From a bacterium (GTDB taxonomy: Bacteria > SZUA-182 > DTGQ01 > JAFGSM01), in contig JBLIRO010000109.1 in assembly GCA_049472335.1 (NCBI GenBank), positions 1-13,773 of the forward strand: a stretch of 13,773 nucleotides of DNA, read 5' to 3'. Made by a program: the position numbers and the translations under genes. Shown one piece after another: positions 1 through 5,098 of the stretch; position 1 is the first letter of the stretch; every line of letters begins with the position of its first letter. The notes below the pieces were generated by a model. It saw only the letters and a list, made by a program, of their open reading frames with translations. It did no database searches and was not told where the DNA came from.

Positions 1-149
1 AAATAAAGGCAAGAGAACAACGGGAGGGAAATATAGGTTAAAATCTTTAATGGTGTTTCATAATAGTGTTTCATAAGGATGGTTTCGATCTTAAAAAACG
101 ATTGAAAAAAGGCTCAGATTGATTCTTGACAAGCTTTTTTCTCCTTTAG

Positions 150-380
150 TTTGAATGGCGCATAGAAGAATATCCTGAAAAAGGATTTGTTGAAGGGCGT
201 AAAATTGATCTCATAGCTCAAGAGGTAGAGCAGGTCATACCTGAGGTTGTTTCCATTGATAATGAGGGATATAAGTCAGTAGAGTATGGTAATATTGTTT
301 GAGTGCTCATAGAAGCCATTGAAATACAACAGGCTCAAATTGAAGAGTTGAAAGCAAGAATAGAGTTATTAGAACAATAA
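150..380 (+). pseudogene. C-terminal remnant of a Peptidase S74 / intramolecular chaperone (tail-fibre-type) domain protein; 5'-truncated, with an internal stop
   Basis: Manual translation from 150: FEWRIEEYPEKGFVEGRKIDLIAQEVEQVIPEVVSIDNEGYKSVEYGNIV*VLIEAIEIQQAQIEELKARIELLEQ*. This matches the S74 pattern (G)LIAQEVExVxPExV...GYKSVxY..L...LIEAIKEQQ followed by a coiled coil. In-frame TGA at 300-302, TAG at 147-149, no start codon, final TAA at 378-380. Confidence 0.85.
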
Positions 381-385
381 AATTT

Positions 386-437
386 AAGCCCCGGATTTTG
401 GGGAAGGTGTCTATTTTTCAAAAATTCGGGGCTTTTT
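386..437 (+). terminator. Rho-independent terminator after the S74 remnant
   Basis: AAGCCCCGGATTTTG (386-400) pairs imperfectly with AAAATTCGGGGCTT (421-434), followed by a T run; lies just after the stop at 380. Confidence 0.75.
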
Positions 438-507
438 ATAAACTCATAATTAGCCTTAAATCATCTTAAAAACTTGTCTAACAGATAAAAAATTCATTAA
501 AATTTAC

Positions 508-545
508 TGTCAAACAACATGACATTTTTTGTCAAATCCCTGACA
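508..545. promoter_or_regulatory. Alternating TGTCA/TGACA array, candidate transcription-factor binding sites
   Basis: TGTCA 508-512, TGACA 520-524, TGTCA 530-534, TGACA 541-545; includes the inverted repeat TGACA-N5-TGTCA (520-534). Confidence 0.45.
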
Positions 546-619
546 TTTTACAAACATATTACAGACTAAAATTCTAAAATTTTTCAAAAAATCAATACAA
601 TAATTGCAATTCACAATAA

Positions 620-666
620 ACACAATATCTTGTATCCAATTTTAAAATTTCTACTATATATACTTG
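620..666. promoter_or_regulatory. Tandem NrdR-box-like operators
   Basis: ACACAATATCTTGTAT (620-635) and CTACTATATATACTTG (651-666) compared with the NrdR consensus acaCwAtATaTwGtgt. Starts are 31 bp apart. Box 2 lacks the conserved G and overlaps the -35 element. Confidence 0.65.
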
Positions 667-692
667 ACAGACTAAATTACATGTGCTATAGT
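664..692 (+). promoter_or_regulatory. Sigma70-type promoter of the ParA-CBM48 operon
   Basis: TTGACA (664-669), 17-bp spacer, TATAGT (687-692), with an extended -10 TG at 684-685. Confidence 0.85.
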
Positions 693-738
693 ATTTTAAA
701 TATGGGGAACTGTGTTTTATAAAACTTTAACCCATTTA

Positions 739-747
739 GGGGGGGGG
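739..747 (+). repeat. G9 homopolymer forming the ribosome-binding site of the ParA gene
   Basis: TTTA-GGGGGGGGG-TTGAA-ATG; nine G residues end 5 nt before ATG 753. Confidence 0.7.
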
Positions 748-752
748 TTGAA

Positions 753-1832
753 ATGAGGATCATCGCTGTTGCTAATCAAAAAGGCGGCTGCGGAAAGACT
801 ACTACAGCTATAAATCTTTCTGCTTGTCTAGCTCAAACCGGGAAGAAGGTACTGCTCATAGATGTTGATCCCCAGGCACACGCAACTCTGGGTTTAGGAA
901 TAAAGCCAGGGGACTTTGATTATAGCCTCTATGACATACTCACCAGTTTTAGTGGTGATTTGCCGGCAATCAAAGAAAGCATCATTACAATATCTCCAAA
1001 ACTCAAATTGATTCCGTCAGAGGTCATACTCAGCGCTGCTGAACAGAACCTTTCACAGACCAAAGAACGGGAGTTGCGTCTGGCAAAGGCCATTGAACCA
1101 ATAGCCAATGAATATGATTTTATCATACTGGATTGCCCTCCCAATATCGGATTTCTGACGTTTAACGCACTTTTGGCCAGCAACGAAACTATCATTCCCA
1201 TTGAATCCAGCTTCTTCTCACTCCATGGATTGGGAAAGCTTATGGAGACATTAAATCTTATAAACAGGAAAATCGGGCACAAAATTAAGGTCAATGCACT
1301 GGCCACTATTTACGATCGAAGGACAAAGATTTCGGAAGAAGTTATGACAGAGATCAAAAGGTGTTTTCAGGATCATCATTTTAAGACAATTATCCGGATC
1401 AATGTCAAATTAAAAGAGGCAGCAAGTTATGGTCAGATGATAACGGAATATTGTACGAAATGTTCCGGTTATTATGATTATATGGATCTTACAAGAGAAG
1501 TTATAAATATGGAAGCCGTGAAAGAGGATGAGAAGAAAAGGAGAGTGGTGGTCAGGCCGCCAAAGAAACTTGAATCCGGCGTATTATTTAGCGTTTATTC
1601 TCCTGAGGCAGCCAATGTATATCTGGCTGCTGATTTTAATGAATGGAAACCAGAAAGAGAGCCTCTTTTTGATATCGAAGGAAACGGGGTATGGCAAAGG
1701 ATTGTAGATTTGAAACCCGGCCGATATCAATACAAGTTTGTAGTTGATGGCAAATGGATAAAAGACCCGGCGAATCCCAATCTTCTAAACGGGCCTTTTG
1801 GAGAAAATTCTATTTGTGAAATAGATAATTAA
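753..1832 (+). CDS. Soj/ParA-family ATPase fused to a C-terminal AMPK-beta-like glycogen-binding (CBM48) domain
   Basis: Deviant Walker A NQKGGCGKTT, A' DVDPQ, Walker B ILDCPP, and Soj-type YDRRT and RINVKLKEA in aa 1-~252. After a charged linker, aa ~276-358 contain VYLAADFNEW...GVWQRIVDLKPGRYQYKFVVDGKWIKDPANP, typical of AMPK1_CBM/CBM48. Confidence 0.93.
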   Translation: MRIIAVANQKGGCGKTTTAINLSACLAQTGKKVLLIDVDPQAHATLGLGIKPGDFDYSLYDILTSFSGDLPAIKESIITISPKLKLIPSEVILSAAEQNLSQTKERELRLAKAIEPIANEYDFIILDCPPNIGFLTFNALLASNETIIPIESSFFSLHGLGKLMETLNLINRKIGHKIKVNALATIYDRRTKISEEVMTEIKRCFQDHHFKTIIRINVKLKEAASYGQMITEYCTKCSGYYDYMDLTREVINMEAVKEDEKKRRVVVRPPKKLESGVLFSVYSPEAANVYLAADFNEWKPEREPLFDIEGNGVWQRIVDLKPGRYQYKFVVDGKWIKDPANPNLLNGPFGENSICEIDN

Positions 1833-1852
1833 AACCGCTACCATAAAAAGCC

Positions 1853-2761
1853 ATGGAGAAAAAAAGGAAATTGGGAAGGGGACTGGACGAAGTAGCTGAT
1901 TTTTGGCTGTCTTCATCATCTATTCCTTCTTCTGAAGATACTGATGATACAAAGGTAAAGATCCTCTCCCCCAAAAACCTCGATAAAGCTCGTGGTTTTT
2001 CTTCTAAAAGCATTTCCATCCTTTATCCTGAGTCTTCGAAGGTTAAAGGTCTTTTGGTCACCAATTTTGTTCTGGAGCTGGCTAAACAGGGTTACGGCTC
2101 ATGCGTATTAAATTATGAGGCAAAAGAGTCTCCTTTGAATGCCATCATGAATAATCTTTTCCAAAATTTTTCCAAGGCGGAGGATAATGGTGAATCGTCC
2201 ACTTCTCATAAGATTTTAAAGCTTTACGGAATGCCCGGAATTCATCTTTTTTCAAGAGCCAGTGGAAATCTTTCAATTGCTAAAATGCCTCAAATTAATG
2301 ATGATCTGTATTTACAGTTGTCAAGCAATAATATTGAGGAATCGATTATTCTGCTAAATCATAAGGACTCCCTGGAAATGATCACTAAAATGGACAATAT
2401 CCCCCCCATTGTTATTTTAGTGTCAAAGCCCCGCAGGGAGTCTCTCCTTATATCTTATGCCTATATTAAGGTTATATTAAACAAAGCACCCGGTACCCAG
2501 ATCTGGATGATTATGGATGAGGTCCTGGATCGTGATACAGCGGTAAAGGCCTTTACCCTTTTAAGTCAGGCTGTTATTCATCATCTTTCCCATGAATCAC
2601 ATGCCTTAAAATTTTTGGGTTCCATAATCCATGATCAGGCGCTCGGAATATCACTTGCTACTCACTATCCGCTCGTACTTTCTGAACAACACTCTGTAGC
2701 GAGGGACAGTATAATTCGCATTACCGCGAATTTCATTAAATCCATAGAGAATTTAGATTAA
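1853..2761 (+). CDS. Degenerate FlhG/MinD-like P-loop-fold protein with an N-terminal ParB-like LGRGL peptide
   Basis: N-terminus MEKKRKLGRGLDE. SISILYPESSKVKGLLVTNFVLELAKQG aligns by eye with the MinD Walker A region but lacks KGGxGKT. VILVSKPRRESLLISYAYIKVI, FLGSIIHD and PLVLSEQHSVARDSIIRI follow the FlhG/FleN C-terminal pattern. Confidence 0.75.
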   Translation: MEKKRKLGRGLDEVADFWLSSSSIPSSEDTDDTKVKILSPKNLDKARGFSSKSISILYPESSKVKGLLVTNFVLELAKQGYGSCVLNYEAKESPLNAIMNNLFQNFSKAEDNGESSTSHKILKLYGMPGIHLFSRASGNLSIAKMPQINDDLYLQLSSNNIEESIILLNHKDSLEMITKMDNIPPIVILVSKPRRESLLISYAYIKVILNKAPGTQIWMIMDEVLDRDTAVKAFTLLSQAVIHHLSHESHALKFLGSIIHDQALGISLATHYPLVLSEQHSVARDSIIRITANFIKSIENLD

Positions 2762-2765
2762 GAGT

Positions 2766-3374
2766 ATGCCCAGACTTCTAAAACCAATCACAATCACGGA
2801 TCGCAAATTCCTGATGAGGATTTTTATTCAATGCCTGAGTGACTGGGACGGATTGAGAATAATAGATAAGGAATTGGGAAGCCCTCAGAGAGGAACGGTA
2901 GACCTGCTGGCTGTTGATAAAAAAAAGAAACCGCATCTGATTACAATTGGTCCTGTTAATATAGAAGAAGGACTGGTTAGATGCCTGACGGGATATCGAT
3001 GGTTTAAAGAGAATCAATCGATCCTCAAACGGATATTTTCTCCCGAAGAAATGGATTTTGATCTGCCTGTAAAGCTGTTACTTTTCACAGAACAAGTTAT
3101 CCCAGAGGCGTCAAAGCTGACGCAGGAGATATCCAGGGTCCCCATAAGCCTATATCGTTACACCTGTTTTGGATCTAAAGATGATCCGATGATTTATGTT
3201 GAATCACTCGACTCTCAGCCAACATTTCCTGATGAAGGGCAGGAAGCTGAAACAGAACCTCAGATAGACTCAAAAGGGATAAATATAGAAGAGATCAAAA
3301 AAAAGCTCAGAATTGAACTGGCAGATTTAAATACTAAAGAAATAGAGGAATTCCTCAACTTTGATCTGCCGTAA
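2766..3374 (+). CDS. Hypothetical protein with a degenerate NucS/EndoMS-like PD-(D/E)XK fold and an acidic C-terminal tail
   Basis: GLRIIDKELGSPQRGTVDLLAVDKKKKPHLITIG resembles the NucS-type GxIDLLAxD...LVVIELK motif, but ExK is replaced by TIG. Starts 4 nt after the upstream stop. Confidence 0.6.
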   Translation: MPRLLKPITITDRKFLMRIFIQCLSDWDGLRIIDKELGSPQRGTVDLLAVDKKKKPHLITIGPVNIEEGLVRCLTGYRWFKENQSILKRIFSPEEMDFDLPVKLLLFTEQVIPEASKLTQEISRVPISLYRYTCFGSKDDPMIYVESLDSQPTFPDEGQEAETEPQIDSKGINIEEIKKKLRIELADLNTKEIEEFLNFDLP

Positions 3375-3520
3375 AAATCTTTAAAAATTTTCCTGCAAAT
3401 TTTATATTCAATTTAATTTCTCATTTAAATCCAATTTTTTTAATTTCGTCGTACTCTTTTTGTTAAAAAAAGTTGTATCATTTTATTAATATTCAATAGG
3501 TTTTTTTATTCCTTTTATGA

Positions 3521-3565
3521 AATAGCAGTTTTGCTATTGAGGTGTTTTCTTTAATGCCCTATAAT
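3521..3565 (+). promoter_or_regulatory. Candidate sigma70 promoter for rlmD with an adjacent palindrome
   Basis: TTGAGG (3537-3542), 17 bp, TATAAT (3560-3565). The inverted repeat AATAGCA-gttt-TGCTATT (3521-3538) overlaps the upstream edge of the -35. Confidence 0.55.
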
Positions 3566-3623
3566 ATTGATCATAGTTTCGTCAGAATATATGTTTAAAA
3601 TTATAATTATAGAATATTAAAAA

Positions 3624-4931
3624 ATGAAGGAAAAATTAGGTCAAGATTTCAAAATCGATATAGAAAGGCTCTCTTTCGGTGGCATGGGGCTCGGGCATCT
3701 GAACGGACAGGTCGTATTCGTGGCACATACCGCGCCAGGCGACAAAGTCAGGACAAAAATCATTACAACGGAAACAGATTATCTCATTGGGGAGCTGGAA
3801 GAAATAATAGAACCGTCCCCTTTACGAATCAAGCCAAAGTGTCCTTATTTTGGAGAATGTGGAGGTTGCCAGTGGCAACATCTGGATTATAAGGATCAAC
3901 TGCAGCAGAAGGAGATGCTTGTCAAAGAGATTTTCAGCAGGATCGGACATCTAAAAAATATCGAGATTAATAATTGCCTGCCGTCTCCTTCCCCTTTCAA
4001 TTACCGACACCGAATGCAATTTAATATAAATCACAAAAATAAAAAACCTCATATTGGACTTTATAGAAGGAAAAGTCATACCCTCGTTGATATAATAGAT
4101 TGTCCGATCGCACACCCTCTTATTAATAAAATACTTAAAACCTTATGGAGCTGGTTGAAGGAAACGGATGACAAACATTTACATGGCGTGGATATAACTA
4201 TCGATGTGAAAGGAGAAAAAGCCCTTCTGGTGATCAGATATATGAAAGGCTCCATAGAAGAAAAGAAAAAAGATTTTGAAACCCTTCAAGGGATGTGCCC
4301 GGAAATCACAGGGGCGCTTATCAGAATGGAGGCATATAAACAGGCCTCATTTGATATGGCCGGAGAACCTAATCTTGAGCTTTCATATGAAGAGATGCAG
4401 TATAAAATCGGACCCGAGACATTCATACAGGTAAATCTGAAGGGAAATGAAATTTTGATTGCTAAATTATTGGAAGCCTTGCCTGTAAGCACAGAAAGAA
4501 TACTGGAGCTTCATTGCGGGATGGGTAATTTTAGCATTCCCATGTCAAGGCAGACACAAATGTTATATGGAATAGAAAGCAATCCAGAGGCTTACCGCTA
4601 TGCAGTTATAAATGCTCATATCAACAAAAGACCGAATTGCAGCTTTATAAAAAAGAGTGACATAAAAGGACTAAAACGGCTCATAAACACTGGCATGAAA
4701 TTCTCTGTTCTGGTGATGGACCCCCCAAGGTCAGGATGCAAAGAGATAATCAGATTCATTGCAGACTTACAAATTCCAAGAATCATTTATGTTTCCTGCA
4801 ATCCTTCAACCCTGGCGCGGGATTCATCTATGTTGGTAAACGATCATCACTACCATCTGGAATCAGTTCAACCTATTGATATGTTTCCTCAGACATATCA
4901 TGTAGAATGTATTGCTGCTTTTTCAAAATAA
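3624..4931 (+). CDS. rlmD: 23S rRNA (uracil-C5)-methyltransferase, RlmD/RumA family
   Basis: N-terminal TRAM domain, 4Fe-4S motif CPYFGECGGCQWQH plus DCPI, FIQVN, SAM motif LELHCGMGNF, DPPRSG, catalytic YVSCNPSTLARD, DMFPQTYHVE. Confidence 0.93.
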   Translation: MKEKLGQDFKIDIERLSFGGMGLGHLNGQVVFVAHTAPGDKVRTKIITTETDYLIGELEEIIEPSPLRIKPKCPYFGECGGCQWQHLDYKDQLQQKEMLVKEIFSRIGHLKNIEINNCLPSPSPFNYRHRMQFNINHKNKKPHIGLYRRKSHTLVDIIDCPIAHPLINKILKTLWSWLKETDDKHLHGVDITIDVKGEKALLVIRYMKGSIEEKKKDFETLQGMCPEITGALIRMEAYKQASFDMAGEPNLELSYEEMQYKIGPETFIQVNLKGNEILIAKLLEALPVSTERILELHCGMGNFSIPMSRQTQMLYGIESNPEAYRYAVINAHINKRPNCSFIKKSDIKGLKRLINTGMKFSVLVMDPPRSGCKEIIRFIADLQIPRIIYVSCNPSTLARDSSMLVNDHHYHLESVQPIDMFPQTYHVECIAAFSK

Positions 4932-5098
4932 CAGGGCCGGAAAGGATATTTGAATTATCTTATTATGTTGAACATATTGAATTATTTGTTATTATAATTG
5001 TTACTTAACATAACACTTTAACAAAATATCTTAGTTGTTAAAAAGGAATTGAATGACTTTTTCATGATTATAATTAATAAATAACAGGGAGAAGAATC

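Noticed and set aside
53..76. TGTTTCA repeats as parS for the nearby ParA
   Set aside because: Only direct-repeat half-sites; the parS palindrome TGTTTCACGTGAAACA is not present.
300..302. In-frame TGA in the S74 fragment as evidence of TGA recoding (Gly/Trp/Sec)
   Set aside because: polA ends at its normal C-terminus (WDEAH) with TGA, the intact genes contain no internal TGA, and the fragment has other lesions. A nonsense mutation is simpler.
1853..2761. Annotating gene 2 as parB or as flagellar flhG
   Set aside because: No ParB CTPase or HTH motifs beyond the LGRGL peptide; Walker motifs are degenerate; no flagellar genes in the window.
5021..5036. ACAAAATATCTTAGTT upstream of polA as another NrdR box
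   Set aside because: Lacks both the conserved C4 and G13 and has no partner box at the expected spacing.
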